Shown here one piece after another: positions 32,936 through 44,392 of a DNA stretch of 64,000 nucleotides. Below the pieces are notes generated by a model, which was given only the letters and a program-made list of their open reading frames with translations, was not told where the DNA came from and did no database searches. A program made the translations under genes and the position numbers. The stretch comes from Macrostomum lignano. Lineage: Eukaryota. Where the stretch lies: positions 124,001 through 188,000 of the forward strand of contig NIVC01001272.1 in NCBI GenBank assembly GCA_002269645.1, in the 5' to 3' direction. Within the stretch, counting starts at the first letter, position 1, and each line of letters opens with the position of its first letter.

Positions 32936-35730
32936 GAAGTGGAACTCCTCCTTCGGAGGAGAAAGGGGAAGAACTCCCATCACCGGAATTCTATTCCCTG
33001 AAATATCCATCAACTGAAATTCCATGTCTTTAACCCTATCTTCCAAATCGTCTCCAAATTCTTTACAAAATCTTTCAAAGACCATAGCTCAAAGACTCTT
33101 ACGTCTCTCATATCTACTCTCTCCTCTCTTCGCTATTATCGTGACTCGCTTCTCTCTCCTCTCTCTCATCTCATCTCTACCCCTACTCTCTTATTTATCT
33201 CTACTCCCTTATTTATCTCTTCTCCCTCGTCTTTCGTCTGTACCCTATCCTGTCTACTCTCCTATCTTCTATCTTATCTCTCCCCTTTTCTCTCCTCTCT
33301 CATATCTAATCTCTAATCACTTATCTATCGTCTCCGCTCTACTTTCTCTCTTCTTTTTTCTCTCTTCTCTCTGCTCTCATTTCTCGTATCTCTTATACGC
33401 TCTCACCCTCTCCTTTCTTATCTCCCATCTTTCTTCCCTCCTTTCTACTGCATCACCTGTCTCCTCTCTTCTCTTTTCTCTCCTCTCCATTCTCTCTTCT
33501 CTACTCTCATCTCCCCTCATCTCTTCTCTAATCTCTAATCTCTTCTCTCTCTTATTTTCTCACTCATCTCTTTTCTCATTGCATCTCTCATCTCTCCTCT
33601 CTCTCTCTCCTCTCATCTGTACTATCTTTTTTATCTCTTCTCCCAGGTCTTTCAAATTTACTCTCTCCTGTCTCCTCTCTCCCCTCGTCTTTCCTCTCTC
33701 ATATCTCTTCTCTACTCACTTATATATTCTCTCTCCTCTGCTCCCCTTTTACACTTTCCTATATGCTCTCACTCTCACCCTCCCCTTTCTTATCTGCTGT
33801 TTTTACACTCCTTTCTACCACCTGTCTCCTCTCGTTTCTCTCCTCTCTGCACTCTCATCTTTACCCTCTTCTTTCTCCTCACTACTTTCTTCTCTTAAAT
33901 CTCTGATCTCTGATCTTTCATCTCTCTCCTCTCACCTCTCACCTCTCTCCTCTCTTTCCTCTCTTCTATTGCCTCTGTACGCTCTTGTCCCTCCTTTCTT
34001 CTCCATCCTGTCTCCTCTCTGCAATCTCATATCTCCTCTCTCATATCCTCTCCCTTCATCTCCTCTCTCCTCTTCTCTTCTCTCTCCTTCGTTCCCGCCT
34101 TACTTTCCTCTTCTCTCCCATCTGTCATGTCTAATCTCTCCACTCATTTCTACTCTGTTTTCTATCATCTCATCTCTCTTCTCTTTTCATTCTTCTCTTT
34201 ACTCTCTTCTCTGACTGATTGAAGATGCCAAATCCATCAAGATCCTCTCCGCGAAGCAGAAATCCTGTCCGTGCAACTGAAAACCATCGAAATCCTCTCC
34301 GTGAAACTGGACTCCTTCGAAATCCTCTCCTTGAAACTTAAATCCATCAAAATCGTCTCCATAAAACAGAAATCAATCATAAATTATCTCCGCGAAACAG
34401 AAATCCTCTCCGTGAAGCTGAACATCATCGAAATCCTCTCCGTGAAACTGAACACCTTCGAAATCCTCTCCGTGAAACTGAACACCTTCGAAATCCTCTC
34501 CTTGAAACTTAAATCTATCAAAATCGTCTCCATAAAGCAGAAATCAATCATAAATTTAACTCCGCGAAACAGAAATCCTCTCCGTGAAGCTGAACATCAT
34601 CAAAATCCTCTCCGTGAAACTGAGCACCATCGAAATCCTCTCCACGAAACAGAAATCCTCTTTGTCAAAATTAAAACATTGAAATCGTCTCCGCTAAACT
34701 GGACTCAATCAATTTTTTCCGTCAAACAACTCAACTCTCCGGATTCATTGGTTAGGGTTAGGGTTAGGGTTAGGGTTAGGGTTAGGGTTAGAACTACGCA
34801 CAGCTTCGTGTTAAAAGGCACTGATAAACTATTGAACTAATTGAATCAATTCATTGCGCAACCGATTTCACAGTCAGTCAGTATCAGTCTCAGTTAAAGT
34901 TAACAAAAACATTGCGCAATCTAAATCAACCCTCCAATACAAAGCAACTGACCCCCTTCCTATACACAGCGCCAGTTGGAAGTCGAAACCCCCAACTTTA
35001 TCTCTCACCTCTCGCCAAAATGAGTACAATCTTTGCAGAAAGTTTAAAGTATGGAAATAGTTTTTGCAATGCAGAGCTTTTAGTTTTCATATTTGAAGCA
35101 AACAATTTATATCCCTGAAATCAGCTTTGCAAGTTCTTTCCAGCAATATAAATTTTTTCTCTCAAAGTTAAAAACTCGAGCAACAGTTTGCGTTTGAAAC
35201 TTTCTGATTTAAAGCATTGAAATATCGATTGTACGTTCACTGCCTGCTAAAGAGGCCCGCAAGTTTATGCATTGAATTTCAACGTTCAACAAAATCACAG
35301 GGCTGCCTATTGAAAATTAGAACACAAATCTTTGCGCAATTGTCGATACAGTCAGCCAGTGAGCCAGGGTCCGATTGTACACAGGCAGCCATTTAGAACG
35401 CCCCATCCCCCCACTGGAGAGAAAATACACTGCAGAGATAGGGAAAAGTTGTGGCGCAATCACTTGAAATTCATGCAAATTTTCAGCTCCAAGCAGAAAG
35501 AGGGGACAATTAAGATTATCAAAGGTCAAGACCGCCGTTTTCTGCTTTTTTGAGGATTTTAGAAATTAAAATTTCAGAATTAAAATAGCCTATAGCCGAC
35601 CTCGGATAATTTCCAATCTTCCCATATAAGTTTCAACGCTGAGTTGCCACTATTCAAGGAGGAGTTGTCGAAATGACAGACAGACACACAGACAGACAGA
35701 CAAACAACGCGTCAACTTTAGTATATATAG
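32936..35730 (-). mobile_element. DINE-1/HINE-like unit D
   Basis: Terminal hairpin ctcctcc-ttc-ggaggag overlaps the subTIR aactcctcctt, with its inverse aaggaggagtt near the other end. It has a GTCT microsatellite on the minus strand, central tandem repeats (34240-34720), (GGTTAG)7 at 34750-34791 and a tatatatag terminus. Confidence 0.75.
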
Positions 35731-36511
35731 AGATAAGAGATATAAGAAACAATTTTTGACTGACAGAGAGGCTACCGCTCTAATAAACGACGTTCAGTCT
35801 TACAGTGAATACAGATTGACATCGCTAATCAGTCTTTTTAGTTTTGAAATTTTTTGTTAATTTTTTTTCTGATTTGTTAACAATATATGCACCTTCTCTG
35901 AAACCTAGTATGAAAATTTAAGCCACCGCTAATATCAGCCTTTTTATAAATACGAATGTAATTTGACTAGCTAATTTAACGTTACCTAACTGGAGTATAG
36001 TAAATTCTTATCCTCTTATTTTTTAAGTACATGAGAACTTACGTGTATTCAATGTAAAAAAACTAAATATCGCTGATTCTTTTGCTTCTTACTTCTTTTT
36101 ACTTCTTTTACTTCTTTCTACTTACTTCTTACTTCTTTTTACTTGCTTCTTACTTCTTACTTTTGCTTCTTTGCAAATTTTAATCTGAATTTTGACATTA
36201 TAAATATTAAGAAATGGATATAAAACGTTTTACTACGGTCGTAGCTCGTACACGGCTTGATTTGCTTTGAATTTGACAGTTAAATTATTTTTCCGTAAGA
36301 ATTCCTTAAGACGTTTAACGTTGGTTCTGCTCATTTTTTAAAACATTAGTATTACCTTGATTGCCTATCACTGTTTGATCTGCTTTGCTACGTATTAGCA
36401 GGTAAGATAAGCTTGAATGAAGATCCGCCTCCACTGTGCTAGAAGTTGGTACTTCAGCTGAATCTTTCATTGAATCTGTGAGCCCCGTTAGTCACGCTAT
36501 CGGCTCCTGAA

Positions 36512-36892
36512 TGGTTCCACGACAATTGCCTGCGCACAATTGCCTGCAGCGATAGCTGACTGTGGAGACAACTGACTGCTAGCTGTGCTAGTTTCAACAA
36601 CTCAGAGCGCAACATTATAGTTATTATTAGTAATTAGAAGAAAATATAATATACCAAACAGAGAAATAAAAAACTGGTTTTAGAAACTATTTGTTACTAC
36701 TACAGTACATTGGTTTACTTAGTTTTTAAATTGAACAAAAGCAACAGGGAACACACGCACAAACAAAAGGAAACATTGTGCAATGAATTTTAAAAAAGTA
36801 AATGCACATTTACAAAACTTTTTCTTTGATTGGAATTTAATTCATTACCACCTCAACAGTTGTCGTGCAGGCATTAACTGTCGTGCTGCCTC
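36512..36892. mobile_element. Possible MITE with imperfect TIRs
   Basis: ggttccacgacaattgcctgc at one end versus the reverse complement of gcaggcattaactgtcgtgctgcc at the other. No clear TSD. Confidence 0.35.
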
Positions 36893-38445
36893 CTGAATAT
36901 CCGCTAGAGGATGAACTATGTCTGCTATTTTGAAAAACTTAATTTATCCTTGTCCGCGTAGCCAGTTCGTTGTTACTCCGTTTTTATAGGCATAAAACAC
37001 ATTGATTTTGACTCTGTGTAAGAAGGTGAGATATCTGAGGATTGGAGATTAATTATTGCATGTATCTGGTTTTATTTCATTCATTTATCGGTACTACCGC
37101 TGCCACAATTTTATAAATGCGTACGAACGGCAACAGAGATAGGAACAAGCGCAAATAGATTGACGAGCTCAATTGTTTTATTTCAACAAATATACGAATA
37201 ACGAACCAACGATTTAAAACACGATTTCCCAATCATCATACGAGTATTCATTACTGAAATAAAAATGCTATGATTTATGATAAAGCAGAAAGTGTCATTA
37301 GGGTCGCACATGAGGGTAAAGGACGAAATGTTTAAACAGTAAGCATATCATAGCGTAGCATAGAGATAGAGCTGTCTCTCCTGCTGAAATTGATAAGCAA
37401 TTAATCCCATATTTTATGCTATATTTTATGAATTCCAGTCGGTCATAGTGAACTTAGCTCGTAAAAAGGAAGACTATGCAGTGTAGCGTGACCCCCTTGA
37501 GTTGGTAGGCTTAGGAATGTGAGAGTGAGGCAAGAACATGAAATATTATCGTTTATCTCAATAGATTTAGATTTAACTAAATAGGCTAAATTAGCTTTGA
37601 TCAACATACATGTAGATCGTCAGATAGAATGAATCACGTATATTTTTCTGCAGACTAAATTAGAAATAGTGTATAAAATACTGCTTTGATTTGCTTTAAG
37701 TATGGGGTCAGACTAGGGGTGCTCTAGTCTTGCACTTTTACCAAAGAAACTGAAAATCTGATGTTTTTCATGCCTTTTCATTCCTTAGAAAGGCACACTG
37801 ATAGCTGGCTGCAGCAGCAATGCCTATTTTCTAGAATTTCTTTCTGTTTCGCTTATTGCTTAACTAACTCAGTGATGAGAGAGATAGAGGGGGGAGGTAG
37901 TGAAAGAGAGAAAATCTCTCTCAGGAAGACCGAACTCGGCAAAACGTACACGACTACTTGCCCTTTGCTGCGAGTTAACCGTTGCCAAATGCTTAATATC
38001 AGAAGCTCTTCGTTTTGAAGTATAGCTACCAAACCTTTTACAATAAAGAGCTTTCCAGCTGACGGTTTTTTTACCTTTTTTTGAATGCTTCTCCAGAGCA
38101 GAACAATAGTACCTAGACTAGACTCAAGCCCCTGGCAAGTTTGCAAGTTTCGCATTCCAAAAATATTCAGAGTGGATGAGGGGGAGGGGGCAGGCTCGGG
38201 CTAGCCTCCCAGCTAAGTCAAAGTGGCGCCACTTTGTTAGGAGTTTCAGTTTCTATTTATATTGAAAAAAAAAGGTTTTAAAGTGTAACAGAAGCCCCCC
38301 GGAGCGCAGGTCCGAGCTTTCACTCGGAAACATTTCAAGTGACGGCAGGCATCACAGAATTTTGGTAAGTTATCAAACTGACATATTTTCCGATTGAATT
38401 TTTTAAGTTTTCACACGAGTATCTAAATTCCTACGTAACTCTAAC

Positions 38446-38637
38446 AGTGGCAGATCATTTTGGGGGGGGGGGCGATTCAAGTTTGGGGTGCCAGCACGAG
38501 TATAAGGGGCGCCAATAAGCTAAAGGGCACAAAAAATACGGATAGGGGCAAAAAAACAAGCTTAGGTGGCTCAAACTTAGGTTTTTGGGGGGTGCAATAT
38601 GTTCTGTCAAGCCCCCTTCTCCCTAAATCCACCCCTA
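38446..38637. mobile_element. Degenerate CAGTGGC-type MITE
   Basis: It starts cagtggcagat and ends aaatccacccct, with a G-rich interior like the MITE at 4813. The TSD is not clean. Confidence 0.4.
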
Positions 38638-38966
38638 ACAGAGTCTAACAGAATTTTTACTGCGACAGGTTGTCATCGAGTTTAAATCACCCCTTGATTT
38701 TCAAGTCACTTCATCCTCATTCTTCCTACAGTCCGTTTGAAAAATTATTCAAAATTATTTTGACATAATGTAGCTCGTAACACGGTCGAAATGTATTAAC
38801 TCAATGATTAATCATGGTTTGTGCTACTCGTATATTGCCGGCGAATTTATTTCTCCCAACTGAGAGAACGACGTTTGAGATGTAAATGTTTCCTCGAGCG
38901 TTATTTGTATATCTGACTACTGTGCTCAGGGACAAATAAAACTACCGGGAAGCGAAACAAGCCAAA

Positions 38967-39830
38967 TCATGGTGAAAAAAAGTTGGGGGCTCGTTTGAAA
39001 GCAGTGTTCTATGGCCGTTCCAACTATAACTCTTCAGTCTAAAGAGGTGTGAGGGCAAATAAAAAGCCCTCAACTCTTGTGCGACTGTGAAAAATTTCGA
39101 GAAAGTGCAGCGTCTTTAACTGCAGATCAAACCATAACTCAGAACACAGCCGGAAAACGATATTTGCTCTTCTTTGAGATGCACGAGACCGGGAGCGTTG
39201 GAGACAAACCCTACCAAATATTTTTGAGGTAAGAAGGATGTTAATTCTACGCGATCATACGCTGGTGTGCGTGGATGAATTTATTACAAACAAATTGTTA
39301 AAAATAACCACTGCGATAAAATTTACCATTCTAGAAAGTGACTGAACACATGGACATATGCCAAAGGCACTGGCCAAGTGACACCCCATGTTGAAGAATG
39401 GTCGACATGAAAGACCGAAAGATCCGCCTTCTGTCTTCTCTGGCTTTCCCTCTTCGTGCTTGATACAGACGGACAGACAGACAGTTTTTATTGCCGTAAA
39501 CTTCTCCGTTCGCGCATTCATTATGCATACGCCAGTTTTGATTCGAGACTTGCAACACTTGGCAAACTGAATCCAATGGAAAATTTAACTAGTCAACTGC
39601 CAGGTGCAGACAATTATATCGGCCAAATGGATGGACGTGATCCGACTGTACAAATCAGAAGAATATCACGTTGTCAAACGAACGGAATTAACCCATGAAG
39701 CTTGCTATCCTTCAGTTCAAGCATACAGAAAAACGAAGGTAACACTCGCTCTCCAAGTCTTCAATGAAAAGGTTGTTGCAGCACTGAAGTGCGACGGCTC
39801 TATAGACACGGCAGTATAAGTCGTCGGCTT
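38967..39830 (+). pseudogene. P-element/THAP9-like transposase remnant
   Basis: AKWMDVIRLYKSEEYHVVKRTELTHEACYPS...KVTLALQVFNEKVVAALKCDG resembles the GTP-binding insertion of P-type transposases. There may be a decayed THAP start near 38967 (MVKK...AVFYGRSNYNS). Confidence 0.55.
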
Positions 39831-40885
39831 AACGAATGTTTATTTTAAAGGCCTGGTAAAGTGCTAATCGAAGGTTGCACCTGCACCGACTACATTGCAA
39901 GACAGAAAGCTACGCAGACTGGGAGGCCAGTGAATTTGCGGTATAGTTTTTAGTATTCTGTCTTTGGAGTTTCAAATTCTCCAATCCGAAATCTTTCATA
40001 TCTAGCTGCTCCTCATCTGAGTTCCTCCTAAAATTCGTTCTATTTAGTCCTGATTTTCTGTGTTCTTTTCTACGAGTACGAGTTGCCTTGTACTTTTGTA
40101 CACACACCATTTCATGCTTTTAAACTTTTTTCCCCATAGACTCAAACGAGCACTCAACTTTTTTCGCCATGATTTGGCTTGTTTCGCGTCCCGGTAGTTT
40201 AAGCTGTCTTTGCTATCGAATACTCGTTCCAATACCATCACTCGATGTTTTTAAACAGTCGTATTACTATCAGTAGCTAGTTAACTGATCAGTAGCCGTT
40301 GCTGTCATCAGGCTTTGCCCATATGATCCGGGAGTGCTTGAGCTAGTCCAAACGCAAGACACCAACTGTAAGACTTCCCTTTGTGGTTTTGTGGCTGCAA
40401 AGGTACATACGAGGGTGCTTGGCTACTAAAAGTATTACGAACGAGCATGTGCTCCATGGTTTCCACAGAAGGGTCCTGTATTTCCAGTGTTAGCATTACA
40501 AGTTGTAATAGATCTTGTAATGACATATGGAGAAACGATATCTAGTATGCGTATTTTGCTACAACATATTACTATGTCGATTGCGGTTGAAACGCTTTAG
40601 GGTTAGGTAAAAAAATTAAAATAATCAGATAAAATTATTCCATTGCTAAAACTATCTGCCTACTTCAATTCCAGATTAAATCTATAACAAAAAGTTGAGA
40701 CCCGTAGCCAGCTGAGGCGGCAGAGGTAAGTAAAAAAATTACACATTAATTTACAATTAATTTATTTTTCAAGAAAAAAAGTTTGAAGGAAAAATAAGAC
40801 AGCTCATACATAAATAAGTTGTGTTAACATAACTTTGTAGTAAAAAATAAATATATATTTGCTTACTATAACAGTGATATCATCC

Positions 40886-41108
40886 TGTTGGCTTTTAAAC
40901 GCAGTAGTGTAGCTGATCGAATATAATTCTTAGTCAACGAGCAAAAGGGGAAAGTTAAGAGAAGATGGTGCCAGAGGCTGATTTAATCACTTTAGCTTTA
41001 GGCATAGACAAACTTATACAGTATCGTTCTAGAAAGTTCTAAGACTTTGGGAATCTAACGAGAGTTACTATAAATAGCATAGATACAATTTACACTACTT
41101 TTTCAACA
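40886..41108 (-). repeat. copia 3' LTR (223 bp)
   Basis: It differs from the 5' LTR by 9 substitutions (manual count) and a 10-bp insertion, atggtgccag. Confidence 0.95.
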
Positions 41109-41202
41109 CTCCCACTTAATGAAAATTGTCCACGTATGCGGTTACAAAAATTTGTCCAGTTTTCACAAAGTTCCGATTAAGATGTCAGTAAATTCAAACT
41201 CC

Positions 41203-42621
41203 TCTGTTACATTTTAACAACTCCAAGCATTGTTCACAGTTGCATGAACTTGTCCTTCGGTAGCGGCTTAGTAAGCGCATCTGCAACCCTATCGCCAGTT
41301 GGACAGTAGACCACCCGAATAGTCCCATTGCTGACGGCTTCACGAATGAAGTGATGTCTGATATCAATGTGCTTTGTCCGTCGGCTTCCAGCAGAATTCT
41401 CAGAAAGAGCAATGGTTCCTTGGTTGTCCTCGTAGATCACAGTGGGTCGCTCAGATCCTGATCTTTCAAGATCACTTAGTAGCCGCCGTAGCCACATGGC
41501 TTCTTGTGCTGCAGAGCTCAGCGCAACGTACTCAGCTTCCGTTGTCGAGAGTGAGACAGTTGATTGCTTCTTGCTAAGCCGGCTGATAGCGCCACCAGAT
41601 AGCTTAAACACGATGCCAGAGGTGGAATGTCGATCATCTGCGTCACTCGCCCAATCTGCATCAGAATAGCCGATCAAGTTCTCTACACTAGAGTTGTACT
41701 CTAGGCCAAAGTCGATTGTTCCCTTTAGGTATCGGAAGATTCGTTTTACTGCGGTTAGATGTATTTCTCTTGGTTTGTTGTTGAACTTGGAGACAACTCC
41801 CACTGCATACGAGATGTCTGGACGTGTAACAGTTTCTGCATAGAGCAAGCTTCCAACCATTGACTGGTAAGCTGTTGAATCAACTGGATTGCTGCCCTCG
41901 TCGTATTTGGCTAATTTTACGTTGGGATCCATCGGAGTTTTCAGGGCTACGTCGATCGTTTTCGGTTCGATAAATTCGGTCATTCTGAACGCAAAGTGTA
42001 CGGCTTCAGATGCCATTTTTGCACCTTCATATTTGAGATGGTCAGGGGCTCTCCTTTCACGTTGAGGGTATCGCTTCTGATCAGTTTCTGTCGACACTGA
42101 CTGTTCCTGTTCTTGCCTGGTGTCTCTTCTGTCATATTGGGCTCATCAAGTTTCAAGTTGAACCAGCTCGCGTCCTTGTCTCTTGTTCTATTCTTTGAGG
42201 TTCCAAAATCAGTCTCGTTGAACACCACATCGTAGCGGATGACTGTCTTTCTCAACCTTTCATCAAACAGTCTGTAGCTTCTTCCATCCGTATTGTAGCC
42301 AACGAACCGTAGCTTTTCGGCCTTCTTGTCTAGCTTCTTTCGCTTCACATCTGGTATGTGGGCATAGGCTACGCAGCCGAAAACACGAAAGTGCCCAACG
42401 TCGGGCTTGCGCCCATACCAACGCTGGTACGGCGTCATTTGCGGAGTAACAGCAGTCGTCACGACTCTATTTCGCACATAAGCTGCGGTGTTTACTGCTT
42501 CTGCCCAGAACTGGTTGCTTACTCCAGCATGGGCCATCATTGTGGGGGCTGATTCAACGAGAGTGCGATTCATCCGTTCGGCAACGCCATTTTGCTGAGG
42601 TGTATGAGCCACGGTAGTCAT
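41203..42621 (-). pseudogene. pol: copia pol remnant: C-terminal integrase core, RT C-terminus and RNase H
   Basis: Motifs: HTPQQNGVAERMNRTLVE, WAEAVNTAAY, RVFGCVAY, EPKT..|TPMD, YQSMVGSLLY, GYSDADWA, STTEAEYVA, YEDNQG, KHIDIRHHFIRE, ADALTKPL. Most of RT is missing, and there is a frameshift near 42110. Confidence 0.93.
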
Positions 42622-42661
42622 TTGACAACACGATGTCGCAGACCTTGACCTTTTTGGGTCT

Positions 42662-43291
42662 TCAGTGCAGACTCTTCACCCTGTGTTCCTGTGTACCACC
42701 AGACCCTCGCTCACCTAATTCACTCCGCTTTTGCTCCTCGTTGATGAGTGCTTGGTGAACCATCTGCAGTGTAAGATCATCACCGCGAGCTTCCAAGGCA
42801 GTAACCAAGGTAGAGTAGCTCTCAGGCAGGCTGCTGAGCAGCATGACCACTTGGTCCTCTTCACTGACGGGTGCGTTGATAGAGGCCAGTTTGTCGGTCA
42901 GCTCCTTCATATGGCGTATATGATCCTGTACGCGGGTCCCTTCACTCATCTGCAGCCGGAAAAGCTGCTTCTTCAAATAGATCTTATTCGCAGTTGATTC
43001 TTGTTCGAAGTGCTGTTGGAGAGCTTGCCACATGCGATGTGGATCTTCGCCACACGAAGTTATTAGATAGATTAACTCTTTCTTGATTGAAAGAACGATC
43101 ACTGCAGCAGCTCTCTGTTGCTGCTCTCGAAATTCGTTTTCTTGCTCCTGAGTGGCATCCTCTGCGAGAATTACGGAACCGTCGACGACTCCCCAGAGCT
43201 TCCTCGCTATAAGACAGAACTTGATCTGGATCTTCCAGGTAGTGCAGATTCCGCTTCCCAGCTTGTCGACTTGAAACTTATCATCCGCCAT
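42662..43291 (-). pseudogene. gag: copia gag (UBN2-type), truncated before the zinc knuckle
   Basis: WKIQIKFCLIARKLWGVVDG, MWQALQQHFE, LKKQLFRLQMSEG, LLSSLPESYSTLV. Confidence 0.9.
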
Positions 43292-43381
43292 TTCTTCGGA
43301 AAGTTCGTGTCGAGAACAAGCCTATTTTCCGTCTGAGCGAGGCTTCTGGATCAGCTACCACTTATGCGCAGTGGAAGCGTG

Positions 43382-43395
43382 CTGGGCCCATAACC
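43382..43395 (-). promoter_or_regulatory. Primer-binding site of the internal (half-tRNA iMet) type
   Basis: GGTTATGGGCCCAG directly follows the 5' LTR. It lacks the TGG start expected for priming from a tRNA 3'-CCA end. Confidence 0.75.
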
Positions 43396-43608
43396 TGTTG
43401 TCTTTTAAACGTATTAGTGTAGCTGATCGAATATATTTCTTAGTCAACGAGCAAAAGGGGAAAGTTAAGAGAAGAGGCTGATTTAATCACTTTAGTTTTA
43501 GGCATAGACAAACTTATGCAGTGTCGTTCTAGAAAGTTCTAAGACTTGGGGAATCTAACGAGAGTTACTATAAATAGCATAGATACAATTTACATTACTT
43601 TTTCAACA
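43396..43608 (-). repeat. copia 5' LTR (213 bp)
   Basis: Paired with 40886-41108. Confidence 0.95.
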
Positions 43609-43626
43609 CATCCCATATCCCATCCT

Positions 43627-44320
43627 AGATCCCAGATCCTAGATCCCAGATCCTAGATCCCAGATCCTAGATCCCAGATCCTAGATCCCAGATCCTAGAT
43701 CCCAGATCCTAGATCCCAGATCCTAGATCCCAGATCCTAGATCCCAGATCCTAGATCCCAGATCCTAGATCCCAGATCCTAGATCCCAGATCCTAGATCC
43801 CAGATCCTAGATCCCAGATCCTAGATCCCAGATCCTAGATCCCAGATCCTAGATCCCAGATCCTAGATCCCAGATCCTAGATCCCAGATCCTAGATCCCA
43901 GATCCTAGATCCCAGATCCTAGATCCCAGATCCTAGATCCCAGATCCTAGATCCCAGATCCTAGATCCCAGATCCTAGATCCCAGATCCTAGATCCCAGA
44001 TCCTAGATCCCAGATCCTAGATCCCAGATCCTAGATCCCAGATCCTAGATCCCAGATCCTAGATCCCAGATCCTAGATCCCAGATCCTAGATCCCAGATC
44101 CTAGATCCCAGATCCTAGATCCCAGATCCTAGATCCCAGATCCTAGATCCCAGATCCTAGATCCCAGATCCTAGATCCCAGATCCTAGATCCCAGATCCT
44201 AGATCCCAGATCCTAGATCCCAGATCCTAGATCCCAGATCCTAGATCCCAGATCCTAGATCCCAGATCCTAGATCCCAGATCCTAGATCCCAGATCCTAG
44301 ATCCCAGATCCTAGATCCCA
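43627..44320. repeat. 14-bp tandem array (AGATCCC-AGATCCT), about 50 copies
   Basis: No variant units were seen in the body of the array; only the edges are degenerate. Confidence 0.98.
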
Positions 44321-44392
44321 GAACTAGATCATGTTTAACCATATGTCTTTGCAGTTTCTGCCGTCAGTGAGCAAAATCGTCATTTTCTAAAG

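Larger units (their letters stand above)
40886..43608 (-). mobile_element. Ty1/copia LTR retrotransposon, internally deleted (2,723 bp)
   Basis: LTRs are 40886-41108 and 43396-43608 (TG..CA). The 5-bp TSD CATCC is at 40881-85 and 43609-13. The PBS is GGTTATGGGCCCAG and the PPT is aagtgggag. The internal order is gag-IN-RT-RH. Confidence 0.97.

Noticed and set aside
34750-34791. True telomere or chromosome-fusion site
   Set aside because: The tracts are only 4-7 units long and sit at a homologous position in each repeat unit.
26954-34840. Leu/Ser-rich ORFs of 170-400 aa, apparently membrane proteins
   Set aside because: CT-rich DNA lacks stop codons on this strand. The ORFs lie inside repeat units and their frames are not conserved between copies.
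39910-40526. Minus-strand ORFs as a THAP or tyrosine-recombinase gene
   Set aside because: No convincing motif set was found. The region is probably decayed transposon sequence but cannot be assigned.
41115-41160. YVDN (RT YVDD-like) peptide downstream of the copia RNase H
   Set aside because: It lies in the short 3' UTR after the natural pol end, in another frame, and is a single short match.
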